The notes under the pieces are model-generated. The model saw nothing but the letters and a program-made list of their open reading frames with translations, ran no database searches and was not told the DNA's origin. The position numbers and the translations under genes are program-made. A DNA stretch of 64,000 nt from a virus (Duplodnaviria > Caudoviricetes): the IMG/VR virus record IMGVR_UViG_3300043570_000787, positions 973 through 64,972 of that record; one strand, given 5' to 3'. This document shows, piece after piece, positions 38,348-47,433 of this stretch. How positions within the stretch are numbered: position 1 is the first letter of the stretch; the number at the start of each line of letters is the position of its first letter.

Positions 38348-38826
38348 TGGATATCTTTAAAGAAGATAGCACAGGAATGGTAATAGCCTTGGATAATTTA
38401 TCTAAGGCTAACCTTTCTAAGATGGCTAATGAAATAGTATTGACCTCTATAGAAGGAGGCTACGAGGATCCACTAGAGGCTTACATTAAAGCTAAGGGAT
38501 TGTCTGAGATTGCTGATGGTATTATGACTGGTCTTAAGGACTACGCTATGAAAGAAGCATATCGATATGAGAAAGATCAGAAGGTATTAGGATGTAGTGT
38601 ATTAGTAAAGGCTACACCTAACACGTATGACTTCTCACATAATCCTTCATGGGTTCACCTCAACAATGAGATTAACAGACTGAAAGCAGAGCAGAAAGAG
38701 ATTGAGAAGCAGATGATTCTCGCTATCGGATACTCTGAGATGATATCAGCTGATGGAGAATTGATTGAGCCTGCCACTATCAAAAAAGCAGGAGGAGAAA
38801 CTATTCAAGTAACAATACCTAAGTAG
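38347..38826 (+). CDS. hypothetical protein coupled to Sak
   Basis: 159 aa with a coiled-coil segment. Confidence 0.7.
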   Translation: MDIFKEDSTGMVIALDNLSKANLSKMANEIVLTSIEGGYEDPLEAYIKAKGLSEIADGIMTGLKDYAMKEAYRYEKDQKVLGCSVLVKATPNTYDFSHNPSWVHLNNEINRLKAEQKEIEKQMILAIGYSEMISADGELIEPATIKKAGGETIQVTIPK

Positions 38827-38935
38827 TACATTTTAATAAAGGATATGGGGTAATTTTTACCACTTAAATCAAAACGAAATGTAAAACTACGAGATATTGA
38901 AAGAATCTCGCAATTTTAACTAAAAAACAAGAACA

Positions 38936-39112
38936 ATGAAAACAATTTTAACATTAAAAATGCCTATTAGTATTGAACCATCAACTGCTGATAAAGGCTA
39001 TGTAATTACAGATGCTAACAATACAGAACATTTCTTTTATGAAGAGAATGGTGAGTTAGTATATGATGGATGGTGTGCAGAAGCTAAGGTAGATGAAGGT
39101 CAAGAAAATTGA
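38936..39112 (+). CDS. 58-aa hypothetical protein
   Basis: MKTILTLKMP...EGQEN; starts in the first repeat copy. Confidence 0.55.
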   Translation: MKTILTLKMPISIEPSTADKGYVITDANNTEHFFYEENGELVYDGWCAEAKVDEGQEN

Positions 39113-39434
39113 GGTACCAATATACAACTGTGATCTCACAATCATCCTTAATAAAGACCTGAATGAAGTTGTAAAAAAGTATAAGCTTCCTGGTAATTGG
39201 GGTGAGTTTGGGGCACTAACATTTGAGGACAAGTCAAAATATAGACACTACGTTGTAGCTTTTACTGATGCTAATCATCTGAGTAATATAGCTCATGAGA
39301 TAGTACATATTAAGAACTACATCTTCTTAGGTATAAATGCTAAGGTTGATTTACACAATGATGAACCTGAGGCTTACCTAACAGGGTGGTTATTTGACCA
39401 AATAAATAATTTTTTTAAACAACAAGAACAATGA
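39093..39434 (+). CDS. HExxH metallopeptidase-like protein
   Basis: IAHEIVH...DEPEAYL. Confidence 0.65.
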   Translation: MKVKKIEVPIYNCDLTIILNKDLNEVVKKYKLPGNWGEFGALTFEDKSKYRHYVVAFTDANHLSNIAHEIVHIKNYIFLGINAKVDLHNDEPEAYLTGWLFDQINNFFKQQEQ

Positions 39435-39640
39435 CACCACAAGAAAAAGCAGAAGATTTATATCAAATGTATTACGAATGTTTATGGTACAGCAGTAGAA
39501 AGAGCAGAATAAAAAACGCAAAACAAGCCTCTCTTATTGCAGTTGATGAGATAATAAAAACATTTGATTGCACAACCCCACAAAGTATTGAATATTGGGA
39601 GGAAGTTAAACACGAACTATTTAAACAACAAGAACAATGA
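39431..39640 (+). CDS. small hypothetical protein (cassette)
   Basis: MTPQEKAE...AKQASLIAVDEII...YWEEVK. Confidence 0.75.
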   Translation: MTPQEKAEDLYQMYYECLWYSSRKSRIKNAKQASLIAVDEIIKTFDCTTPQSIEYWEEVKHELFKQQEQ

Positions 39641-39864
39641 AAAAAGAAAAACAAAAAACAGCAGTAGAGTTATTTGCACAAAGATTAATTCAAAGAGGAA
39701 TTGGTTATAATAAGATGGACTTTGAGGAAGCTAAAGAAATGGAGAATGAGCAGATAAAAGATGCTTATCTAAATGGCAGATATGAGGCTGATAAAATTGT
39801 AATGGGACATAGTTTTTATGCTAAGCAATACTATAACGAAACCTTTAAACAACAAGAACAATGA
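39637..39864 (+). CDS. small hypothetical protein (cassette; TAVE...QYYNETF family)
   Basis: paralogue of 43887-44096. Confidence 0.75.
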   Translation: MKKEKQKTAVELFAQRLIQRGIGYNKMDFEEAKEMENEQIKDAYLNGRYEADKIVMGHSFYAKQYYNETFKQQEQ

Positions 39865-40004
39865 AAATAGTTAGCCTTTACCCAAGCAATGATGTTTACC
39901 AAGTAGTAAGTGAAGATGAATCAAGTGTTCACTTTCAAGGTAGTAAGGAAGATTGTATGAGGTATTTACTTGAACAAGAATTAATTAAAAACGGAATAAT
40001 CTAA
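39861..40004 (+). CDS. 47-aa hypothetical protein (cassette)
   Basis: MKIVSLYPSNDVYQVV...KNGII; exactly fills the space between two repeats. Confidence 0.65.
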   Translation: MKIVSLYPSNDVYQVVSEDESSVHFQGSKEDCMRYLLEQELIKNGII

Positions 40005-40016
40005 ACAACAAGAACA

Positions 40017-40547
40017 ATGAAAGAGAAAGTAGAGAAGGAAGAGATTCAGTACGACACTGTATACTTGCTTCGTGGTGTGATGAAGATATCCTCAGCATTA
40101 GTTGACCTTGATGAGATTATTGATAACGGAAAGTATTATCGATTCAGATTCAAGAAAGAAGTTGAGAAGTGGGCTAAATTCATGGAGTTACATACTGCTC
40201 AGTTAATGAGTTCATTAGTAGAAGAAGACTCCACGTTACTCATGGATATATACAAGGCATTAGATGAATCAACAAGCAAGGTTCAGATAAGTCCAGAGAA
40301 GACTCCATTAGTTATCTTCTATTGTAAGATTAAGAGTGCGATGAATGATATCAATGAGATGAAGGAGAATAGAAATACATTCTATCCACGCTTCATTGAG
40401 ATATACACCAATGCTGTCATCAATCAGATGGAGAAACAATTCAATGCCATCCTTAATACAAAGGATGCAGAGGATAGAGGATTAGATTTTATTATTAACT
40501 TCTTCGATGAGTTCGGTAAGAACATCATGAAATTCGAGGACAAATAA
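40017..40547 (+). CDS. hypothetical protein
   Basis: 176-aa helical ORF. Confidence 0.7.
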   Translation: MKEKVEKEEIQYDTVYLLRGVMKISSALVDLDEIIDNGKYYRFRFKKEVEKWAKFMELHTAQLMSSLVEEDSTLLMDIYKALDESTSKVQISPEKTPLVIFYCKIKSAMNDINEMKENRNTFYPRFIEIYTNAVINQMEKQFNAILNTKDAEDRGLDFIINFFDEFGKNIMKFEDK

Positions 40548-40694
40548 ATTTACTATGTTACATTTTATAGGAATACTATGTTACTCAATAGTTATATTGT
40601 TTTGTTGGATAGTATCTACTAGCCTTACTATTAACTATGAGATTGATTACGAGACAAGAATTCTTCGTTCAGTACATTTCTTTTTAGCTATTAT

Positions 40695-41051
40695 TTGCTC
40701 GATTGGTATTGGATTTCTTTTAAATTAATCGCTATGAGTTGGGAGGATTGGTTAATAAATCATGGACACTCTAATGATATTTCTATGCTTGATAAATTAT
40801 TGGAATTAGCTGTTAATTCTTATGACATTGGAACCAAGAGCAGAAAAATGGAAATCATAGATAGAAAACATTTCTTAGTTTTATGGTGGGAACAGCACAG
40901 AGATTACTTCAGTAAGTATGATACCTTGACATCTTTAGGTATCTTAATTAATATTGACCACTCTACTGTTATTCATTACAAGAAGACTAGAAAGAAGTCA
41001 AGATTATTCAATGAGAATACTAAATGCATTAGGGATTTTTTAAATAGCTAA
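40695..41051 (+). CDS. DnaA C-terminal-like HTH protein (probable start 40734)
   Basis: KSRK.EI...H, then TLTSLG..INIDHSTVIH, resembling the DnaA domain IV DHTTVIH signature. Confidence 0.6.
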   Translation: MLDWYWISFKLIAMSWEDWLINHGHSNDISMLDKLLELAVNSYDIGTKSRKMEIIDRKHFLVLWWEQHRDYFSKYDTLTSLGILINIDHSTVIHYKKTRKKSRLFNENTKCIRDFLNS

Positions 41052-41056
41052 CTACC

Positions 41057-41476
41057 ATGGTATATAAAAATTTAGATGCGGTTCTGAATAAGTTATTCGG
41101 ACCGTTCGCGGAAGAACGCACCCTTATTTTGAATGCCCTTAAGAAAGATGAAGAATCAAATGCGTCACTCAGCAAGTCTGATGATGTGTCTAAGATTATA
41201 AATATCTTCAACGAGGTGTTTAATAAGAACTCCAGGGTAATGAGTAAGAAGGTTCTCAACAAGTACAAAGAGATTCTCAAGTACTATTCTCTAACAGATG
41301 TCCAGTCTGCTATGCGTAATGCTCAGGCTGATGAATTTCACATAGAGAACAACTTTAAGTACTGTACGATTGAATACTTCTCAAGAATAGAGCAAATTGA
41401 TAAATGGATGAATGTTGTTAAGGAAGAAAAACCTAAGGGTGATTTCGTAATGCCTAAGTTTAATGTTAGGGGGTAG
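41057..41476 (+). CDS. putative replisome organiser/helicase loader (phage conserved C-terminal domain-like)
   Basis: IINIFNEVFNK...YCTIEYFSR..QIDKWMN; directly upstream of DnaB. Confidence 0.5.
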   Translation: MVYKNLDAVLNKLFGPFAEERTLILNALKKDEESNASLSKSDDVSKIINIFNEVFNKNSRVMSKKVLNKYKEILKYYSLTDVQSAMRNAQADEFHIENNFKYCTIEYFSRIEQIDKWMNVVKEEKPKGDFVMPKFNVRG

Positions 41477-41478
41477 GT

Positions 41479-43884
41479 ATGAATCAGACAAAATTACGTT
41501 CAGAAAGATTAGTTATACATGCTATCCTTGCAAATCCTGCATGCATTCATGACGTAATGAGTAAGATAACGTCTGACATGATTGAATTGCCAGTCAACAG
41601 ATTGTTATTTGAGAACATAACGGAATTGTACATCGTTCAGCAACCGATAAATTTAATTACATTAGCACAACACATTAGCCAATCTAAATCTATTTATCGT
41701 AATGATGCGATACAAGAGATGGCATCTATTCATTCAGCATTCGATTACACGCAGACAAGCGAGGTAAACAGTGCGATGATATACCTGATTGGAGAAAGCA
41801 TACGTCATGAGCACATAGACCTAGGCAAGAGCATATCGTCTATGGCAGAGTCAGAAGCATATGATCCTAAGAAGACCATTGATAAGATTCAAGCGCATAT
41901 CGCAGACAATAGGTTCAAGTCTATCTCTAACAAGAAAGAATTTAGCAACGAGGATCTCCTCGATGAGTTAGGTAAGCGAATGGCTGATGCATCAAAGCAT
42001 CAAGGTATTAGTGGTATCCAGACGGGTTACAAACGATTCGACACGGTTACGTCAGGTATGCAACCTACCAACTTTATCATTGTTGCGGCACGACCTGCGA
42101 TGGGGAAAGAATTAAAGAATAGCTCTAAGGTATATACGCCTGATGGATTTATTGAAATAGGTTCTGCTAAAGCTGGTGATAAGGTGCTAGGAAGCGATGG
42201 AAGACACTACAATATTACAGGTGTGTTTCCTCAAGGCAAGAAGGATGCTTATAGAGTATGGTTTGATGATGGGTCTTATGTTGATTCGGGATTAGAGCAT
42301 CAATGGGAGGTAACCACTAGGAAAGTACGTAAGTCAAAAGATAAAACACCTATAGTTGTAACGACTAAAGACATGCTTGATGATGTACTTTTGAGTGATG
42401 GAAGAAAGAATTACTCAATACGAATGTGTGAACCATTGCAATTCAACCATGTTAATGTTGAGATTAACCCATACCTTCTTGGATTCTTGATAGGAGATGG
42501 TCATTTATCTGATGGATCAATTGCATTCAGTAATACTGAGAAAGATGTTATCGAGAAAGTCGGTTCATTACTTCCAGGAGATGATACCTATTCATTTAGG
42601 TCAGGATGTACATACGGGATAAAAGGCGGTGCAACATTAAGTGCTATAAGAAAATATGGTTTACATGGGACTAGGTCTTACGAGAAGTTTATACCTAATG
42701 AATTCCTTTATAATTCTATTGAGAATAGAGTTGAGTTGTTGCGTGGATTAATAGATAGCGATGGGTATTGTGTTAATAGTAACTCTATTGAATACTCTAC
42801 TACATCTGAGCAACTATGCAAGGATATACTTGAACTTGTACGTGGTCTAGGTGGTAAGTCTAGTTACGTTAAAAAGCAGGGTGCTTACACTAAAGATGGT
42901 GAAAGATTTCAATGCAGAGAATATTATCGAATGTACATATCAATGAACTCAGATATTGTTCCAGCTTCGTCTTCAAAGCATCTAGCTAAGTATAACTCTA
43001 ACAAGAAGTATCACGCTAAGTTTATATCTAGGATTGAGAAGCTTGGTTATCAGGAAGATATGACTTGTATTTCAGTTGATGCGCCTGATTGTCTTTATGT
43101 TACTGATGGGTATACACTTACTCACAATACTCAATACGCTTTGGGACTTATGTGTCATGCATCAGTGCGTAACAACTACAAAGGGCTATTCATTTCTTGC
43201 GAGATGGATGAGGTTCAGGTTATGAAAAGAGTTATTGCTGTTGACAGTGGCATCCCCGGATACCATTTGAAACGTGGTAACTTAGAGCGACATGAGATCA
43301 TGCGATATGAGAAGTCAAGGCAACGCATCATTAAATCGAATTTAAAGATCGTAGCGGGTGCTTTTACCATTTCTGATGTCTTATCATTGATTTACAAAAT
43401 GAAGTACTCAGAGGGGCTAGATTACGTTGTTATCGACTATATTCAGAAGATTACTTCACCAGGTTCTCAGAATCGTACCAATGAGGTAGGTGATGTGTCT
43501 AGAAGATTAAAGGATATGGCTAACGAGTTAAAGATACCTGTCGTTGCATTGGCTCAGTTGTCTCGTGCAGTTGAGCACAGAACTGATAAGAAACCTATGC
43601 TATCTGATTTACGTGAGTCAGGTGACATTGAGCAGGATGCCGACATTGTTATGTTCTTATATCGTGCAGGTTACTACATGGACTCAGATGAGAGAATGAA
43701 TAATCCTGTTGCCGAAGATGGCTATGCTATTATAGCTAAGCATCGTGATGGTGAGTTAGAGGATATACACTTGAAGTTTGATGGTAATGTACCTGCCTGG
43801 AAGAATCCTAACGACAGAGATGAGCCTGATGAGGATTATATTCAGACAGCAATTAAACCTAGTAATGATTTTGATATATTTTAA
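41479..43884 (+). CDS. dnaB: replicative DNA helicase with intein
   Basis: AARPAMGK[intein]T Walker A, VVIDYIQ, LAQLSR, SDLRESGDIEQDAD, IIAKHRDG. Confidence 0.95.
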   Translation: MNQTKLRSERLVIHAILANPACIHDVMSKITSDMIELPVNRLLFENITELYIVQQPINLITLAQHISQSKSIYRNDAIQEMASIHSAFDYTQTSEVNSAMIYLIGESIRHEHIDLGKSISSMAESEAYDPKKTIDKIQAHIADNRFKSISNKKEFSNEDLLDELGKRMADASKHQGISGIQTGYKRFDTVTSGMQPTNFIIVAARPAMGKELKNSSKVYTPDGFIEIGSAKAGDKVLGSDGRHYNITGVFPQGKKDAYRVWFDDGSYVDSGLEHQWEVTTRKVRKSKDKTPIVVTTKDMLDDVLLSDGRKNYSIRMCEPLQFNHVNVEINPYLLGFLIGDGHLSDGSIAFSNTEKDVIEKVGSLLPGDDTYSFRSGCTYGIKGGATLSAIRKYGLHGTRSYEKFIPNEFLYNSIENRVELLRGLIDSDGYCVNSNSIEYSTTSEQLCKDILELVRGLGGKSSYVKKQGAYTKDGERFQCREYYRMYISMNSDIVPASSSKHLAKYNSNKKYHAKFISRIEKLGYQEDMTCISVDAPDCLYVTDGYTLTHNTQYALGLMCHASVRNNYKGLFISCEMDEVQVMKRVIAVDSGIPGYHLKRGNLERHEIMRYEKSRQRIIKSNLKIVAGAFTISDVLSLIYKMKYSEGLDYVVIDYIQKITSPGSQNRTNEVGDVSRRLKDMANELKIPVVALAQLSRAVEHRTDKKPMLSDLRESGDIEQDADIVMFLYRAGYYMDSDERMNNPVAEDGYAIIAKHRDGELEDIHLKFDGNVPAWKNPNDRDEPDEDYIQTAIKPSNDFDIF
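42109..43128 (+). mobile_element. class 3 intein (340 aa) with LAGLIDADG homing endonuclease
   Basis: inserted in the P-loop at GK|T; ends THN; Trp in HQW, Cys in MTCISV, Thr in LTHN; LLGFLIGDG and LLRGLIDSDG motifs; first residue Glu. Confidence 0.9.
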
Positions 43885-43886
43885 TT

Positions 43887-44096
43887 ATGACACCAACACA
43901 ATGGTTATTTGAAAAGCTATGGGATACACCCAAGGATAAGTTCACATGGTATGCATTACTGAAGGAAGCTGAGGAAAAGTTTCAGGATCAAATTGAAGAT
44001 GCCTATGAGACAAGTCATATATCAATGATGACAAGTAAACAATACTATGATGAAACATTTGGGGCAGATAATCGGAATAAAACCGATTTAGTATAA
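43887..44096 (+). CDS. small hypothetical protein (paralogue of 39637-39864)
   Basis: QIEDAY...KQYYDETF. Confidence 0.7.
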   Translation: MTPTQWLFEKLWDTPKDKFTWYALLKEAEEKFQDQIEDAYETSHISMMTSKQYYDETFGADNRNKTDLV

Positions 44097-44149
44097 CTTA
44101 GCGAACAATACCACAAAATGGTATAAAACGCTCTATAAAACTAAATGAT

Positions 44150-44347
44150 ATGGGTATAACAATGTGTAACGGTGAAGGATGTGAAGTAAAAGAAACATGC
44201 CTTCGACATAAAGGAAAATGGGATGAGTATTGGCAATCAATATTTGTTGATGAACCTTTTGTAATGCATGATGATAAGCAAGTTTGTAATTATTTTATAA
44301 AATTTAAACCAACGAAAGATGAACGAGATACAGATATTCATCAATAG
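44150..44347 (+). CDS. small four-cysteine protein
   Basis: ITMC.GEGC.VKETC.R...C pattern. Confidence 0.65.
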   Translation: MGITMCNGEGCEVKETCLRHKGKWDEYWQSIFVDEPFVMHDDKQVCNYFIKFKPTKDERDTDIHQ

Positions 44348-44555
44348 GATGAAAAGGATAGGTATAGATCTTGAACTATCAGGTAATGTACCATGGATAT
44401 ACCTTGAGAAGGTAAATGGAAATAGAATTCAGCGTGAGGACTATAGTTCTAATCATGGATATACAATTGCTTGGCATCCTGTTAGGCTAGGAGAAGAACC
44501 TCATCTTGACGAGGATATTAAAAGAACATTTAATATAATAAGAAAGTACAGATGA
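44319..44555 (+). CDS. hypothetical protein
   Basis: RIGIDLEL.GN.PWIYLEKVNG. Confidence 0.7.
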   Translation: MNEIQIFINRMKRIGIDLELSGNVPWIYLEKVNGNRIQREDYSSNHGYTIAWHPVRLGEEPHLDEDIKRTFNIIRKYR

Positions 44556-44857
44556 AACTAACAAGAGAAAAAAAGAAAGAAAAAGCCCTTGAAGATTTAA
44601 TCAACCAAATGTTTATCATAGCAGGACATGATGTTACATTTGAAGACATTAAAACACGCCAAGATAATTGGTTTCAGCAGTATACAATGACCATAAAACA
44701 AAATGAGGAATGGCAAGCATGGGGTAAAAAATACCTTCAAACCAATTTACGTACCCCAGCCAAACTAGCAGAAAAACAAATGCAATGGTTTAGTTTACAA
44801 TATGGATTATCATTTTCAGATTTTCCTAGTTTTGAATCAAATAATACAGAAGATTAA
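44552..44857 (+). CDS. hypothetical protein
   Basis: 101 aa; ATGA coupling. Confidence 0.7.
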   Translation: MKLTREKKKEKALEDLINQMFIIAGHDVTFEDIKTRQDNWFQQYTMTIKQNEEWQAWGKKYLQTNLRTPAKLAEKQMQWFSLQYGLSFSDFPSFESNNTED

Positions 44858-44863
44858 GCAGAT

Positions 44864-45175
44864 ATGTTTGATATATTTGAGGAGAAGCCTAAACCTAAGA
44901 TATACTGCTGTGATGTAGTTATTGAGGTTAAAGTCCTAGCTAGAGGTAAGCAGAAGAAGTATGATTCCATGACGGTAAAGCTTTACAACATATCCCTAGT
45001 GATGAATGATGGAGATATAGCTACTCAGAAACAAAAAGATAATTTGTTCAGAAAGATATTCGATAAACACATACACAGAGGTGAATTTCATAACGCGATA
45101 TTCGATATTAAAGAAATCAAAGTACTGGGATTAATGGGTAATTTATCATATGATTTTAATTATCTTCTACATTAG
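44864..45175 (+). CDS. hypothetical protein
   Basis: 103-aa ORF. Confidence 0.6.
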   Translation: MFDIFEEKPKPKIYCCDVVIEVKVLARGKQKKYDSMTVKLYNISLVMNDGDIATQKQKDNLFRKIFDKHIHRGEFHNAIFDIKEIKVLGLMGNLSYDFNYLLH

Positions 45176-45215
45176 TGTTAACAATTTTATTTATATTTGC
45201 TAAAAAAATATTAGT

Positions 45216-45836
45216 ATGCAGAAGCAAATCCTACAAGTAGTGAAATTCCAGGAAGCATTTGGAATTCAAGGTCCGGAGCAACCTAAGATGCTTAAGAAAA
45301 CAAGAGCAAGACTTCGTCAGATTCTATTAGAAGAAGAGGTAAAAGAACTTAGCGAAGCACAAAACTTACTTGATGTTGCTGACGCAATTTGCGATATCAT
45401 GTTCATCACGTTAGGAACTGCCCATGAGTATGGTTTAACTGATCGCTTAGAGATGTTATTCGATGAGGTGACTAGATCTAACATGAGTAAGATTGATAGA
45501 GTTACAGGGAAGGCTATCTTTAGAGAAGATGGTAAGATTCTTAAGCCTGAAACATTCTCAGAGCCGAAGCTTCGACCAATCATTGAGCGTAACTTTAAGC
45601 TATACAAAGACAGCGAAGTAATGCAACAGATTGCTGCGGTACAAAAGAAGCTTACAGAGGACATAATTAAGAATAAGATCAAGTCTAAGTTAAATCTAGT
45701 TGACCGTGCTTTGTTTTGGTTATCAGATAAGATTGAAACGTACTTAAAGAGACAAGTTCAAGTTACTTTTCCTCAGACTATTGATGGGGAGATTATTGTA
45801 AAGGTATACGATGAACAACATACCATCAACTCGTAA
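45216..45836 (+). CDS. MazG/PRA-PH-like nucleotide pyrophosphohydrolase
   Basis: LLEEEVKEL, VADAICD, EVTRSNMSK, REDGKILKP; promoter element TATATTTG at 45192-45199. Confidence 0.85.
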   Translation: MQKQILQVVKFQEAFGIQGPEQPKMLKKTRARLRQILLEEEVKELSEAQNLLDVADAICDIMFITLGTAHEYGLTDRLEMLFDEVTRSNMSKIDRVTGKAIFREDGKILKPETFSEPKLRPIIERNFKLYKDSEVMQQIAAVQKKLTEDIIKNKIKSKLNLVDRALFWLSDKIETYLKRQVQVTFPQTIDGEIIVKVYDEQHTINS

Positions 45837-46206
45837 GTACGGGAACAAAAAAATAGAGGCATATGGGATCAAGTTTGACTCCAAACTAGAATTCTATTGC
45901 TACAATGTATTTAAAGATTTGGGATTTGATTTTGACTTCCAGAGAACTGTGCTTTTGCAGGAAGGCTTTAGATATGTAGGTAAGGCGATACGACCTATAA
46001 CAATGATAGTTGATTTTGTCCTGAGAATAAATGGAACATCATACTACGTTGATACAAAGGGGTTCGCTACCGAAACATCTAAGCTTAAATACAAAATGCT
46101 CAAGTATCAATTGAAGGATGACTCAAGTACAGATGTTATTTGGTTGCATTCCCAAAAAGAAATCAAAGAATTTGTAAATAAAGTTAATAAGTTAGAAAAT
46201 GAGTAG
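45811..46206 (+). CDS. DUF1064-like PD-(D/E)xK nuclease
   Basis: KYGNKK...GIKFDSKLE...VDF...VDTKG. Confidence 0.8.
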   Translation: MNNIPSTRKYGNKKIEAYGIKFDSKLEFYCYNVFKDLGFDFDFQRTVLLQEGFRYVGKAIRPITMIVDFVLRINGTSYYVDTKGFATETSKLKYKMLKYQLKDDSSTDVIWLHSQKEIKEFVNKVNKLENE

Positions 46207-46612
46207 TGTAAACAAAGTGACATTATTAGGAAATGTCGGAAACATCGAGGTTAAGAGCTTCGATAACGGAAAAAAATTAGTTCAATTATCTTTAGCTACG
46301 TCTGATGGCTACAAGAAGAATGATGAGTGGGTAGAGAAAACAGAATGGCACAGATGTATTTTTGCTATTCCTGCGTTAGCTGATCGTGCCGCATCAATTC
46401 AGAAAGGTGATAAGATCTATGTTGAGGGAAGCATTAGTACAAATGCATGGACAACTAAGGATGGTGAGAAGAAAGAGATTAAAGAAATCTCATGTACGAT
46501 GTTCAAGACATTCTCTAGAGCAAAATCTGCTGAACAAGAATTCAACCAACCTAAAACAACAGTAACTAAGCCTGCGTCAAGCTTCGATGATTTCGGAGAT
46601 AGTCCCTTTTAA
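46199..46612 (+). CDS. ssb: single-stranded DNA-binding protein
   Basis: SVNKVTLLGNVG, LATS, TEWHR, KGDKIYVEG, acidic tail ending in PF. Confidence 0.95.
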   Translation: MSSVNKVTLLGNVGNIEVKSFDNGKKLVQLSLATSDGYKKNDEWVEKTEWHRCIFAIPALADRAASIQKGDKIYVEGSISTNAWTTKDGEKKEIKEISCTMFKTFSRAKSAEQEFNQPKTTVTKPASSFDDFGDSPF

Positions 46613-46629
46613 TATTTAAGAAACGGAAC

Positions 46630-46775
46630 CACCTAATAGTATTGGGTGAGTACCTTGCGGACGAGGCGCACGTTGTCGCAAGTAGCTGTGTAAGGTATAA
46701 AGCCACGCGCTTACACAATACCACCAAGCTAAAGTCGGGTGGTTTATTACCAAGTAGTAACTTACCAAGTAGTAA
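46630..46775 (+). other. structured intergenic segment: four consecutive hairpins then a tandem 14-bp repeat
   Basis: stems 46630-46648, 46654-46682, 46687-46717, 46720-46743; ttaccaagtagtaa at 46747-46760 and 46762-46775. Confidence 0.5.
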
Positions 46776-46784
46776 GGAGTAATT

Positions 46785-47018
46785 ATGGAAAAATACGAAT
46801 TAGATTTAACAGCTGGAGATGTAGGAGAAATCATTGAGATTATCCGTGTTCAGCATTTAAGATTACACGCAGAACCATTCGCTAGTAAGATAGGAATGAA
46901 AGAAAAAGTTCTGTTATCTATTGAAGAAGGGAGAGGGCCACATGGTTTACTTGCCCTCAAGAAAATGAATGAAGCCTTCCACAATGTGAAGGTAAAAATA
47001 CTTGTAGAGGTATATTAA
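46785..47018 (+). CDS. XRE-like HTH protein
   Basis: FASKIGMKEKVLLSIEEGRG. Confidence 0.65.
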   Translation: MEKYELDLTAGDVGEIIEIIRVQHLRLHAEPFASKIGMKEKVLLSIEEGRGPHGLLALKKMNEAFHNVKVKILVEVY

Positions 47019-47152
47019 CGACCTTGACCTACGTTTCGCTTTTTGTACAGCTTAGAACCTTTGATCTTACTTGATCCTTTCTTAGCATGAGTTCCTGGAC
47101 GCTTCTTTTTAGGAGTTTCCAACTTCAGTGTTGTACCTGCTTGCTTTGCCAT
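47015..47152 (-). CDS. 45-aa basic peptide
   Basis: MAKQAG...KKRPGTHAKK...YKKRNVGQGR, hand-translated; TAATG coupling. Confidence 0.6.
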   Translation of the reverse strand: MAKQAGTTLKLETPKKKRPGTHAKKGSSKIKGSKLYKKRNVGQGR

Positions 47153-47433
47153 TATTTAAAGAATTTACGTTTCTTGTCTCCTCTATTCTTAGATTGAGAT
47201 TGACTAATAGTTTTTGTCTTAGATACGTGAGCTACATCCTTCCCATCATGATTGCCATGAGTTCCGTTTGCACGATTGATTGCCTGTAGTACAGTACGAT
47301 ACTTCTTACGAGCAGGAGTATCTTGGTAGTTAGTATCATAAGCTACCTTTTTCTTACGGGCCTCCGGATGAGTCTGATAATACTTAGCACTCTTAGAGTT
47401 ACCTGTTTTAGTACCTGCTAGTTTATTTCTCAT
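47152..47433 (-). CDS. basic protein with degenerate HNH-like C-terminus
   Basis: 93 aa; DGKDVAH...SKNRG. Confidence 0.6.
   Translation of the reverse strand: MRNKLAGTKTGNSKSAKYYQTHPEARKKKVAYDTNYQDTPARKKYRTVLQAINRANGTHGNHDGKDVAHVSKTKTISQSQSKNRGDKKRKFFK

Larger units (their letters stand above)
38925..40020 (+). repeat. five junction repeats (TT)TAAACAACAAGAACAATGA
   Basis: copies at 38925-38939 (partial), 39414-39434, 39620-39640, 39844-39864 and 40002-40020, each supplying the ATG of the next gene. Confidence 0.9.

Noticed and set aside
38925-40020. CRISPR array interpretation of the junction repeats
   Set aside because: spacers are 140-480 bp, unequal and protein-coding; repeats are non-palindromic and contain start/stop codons; no cas genes
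46616-46834. minus-strand 72-aa ORF, or a tRNA in the structured spacer
   Set aside because: ORF is antisense to the operon and overlaps the HTH gene; no T-loop GTTCRA or cloverleaf found
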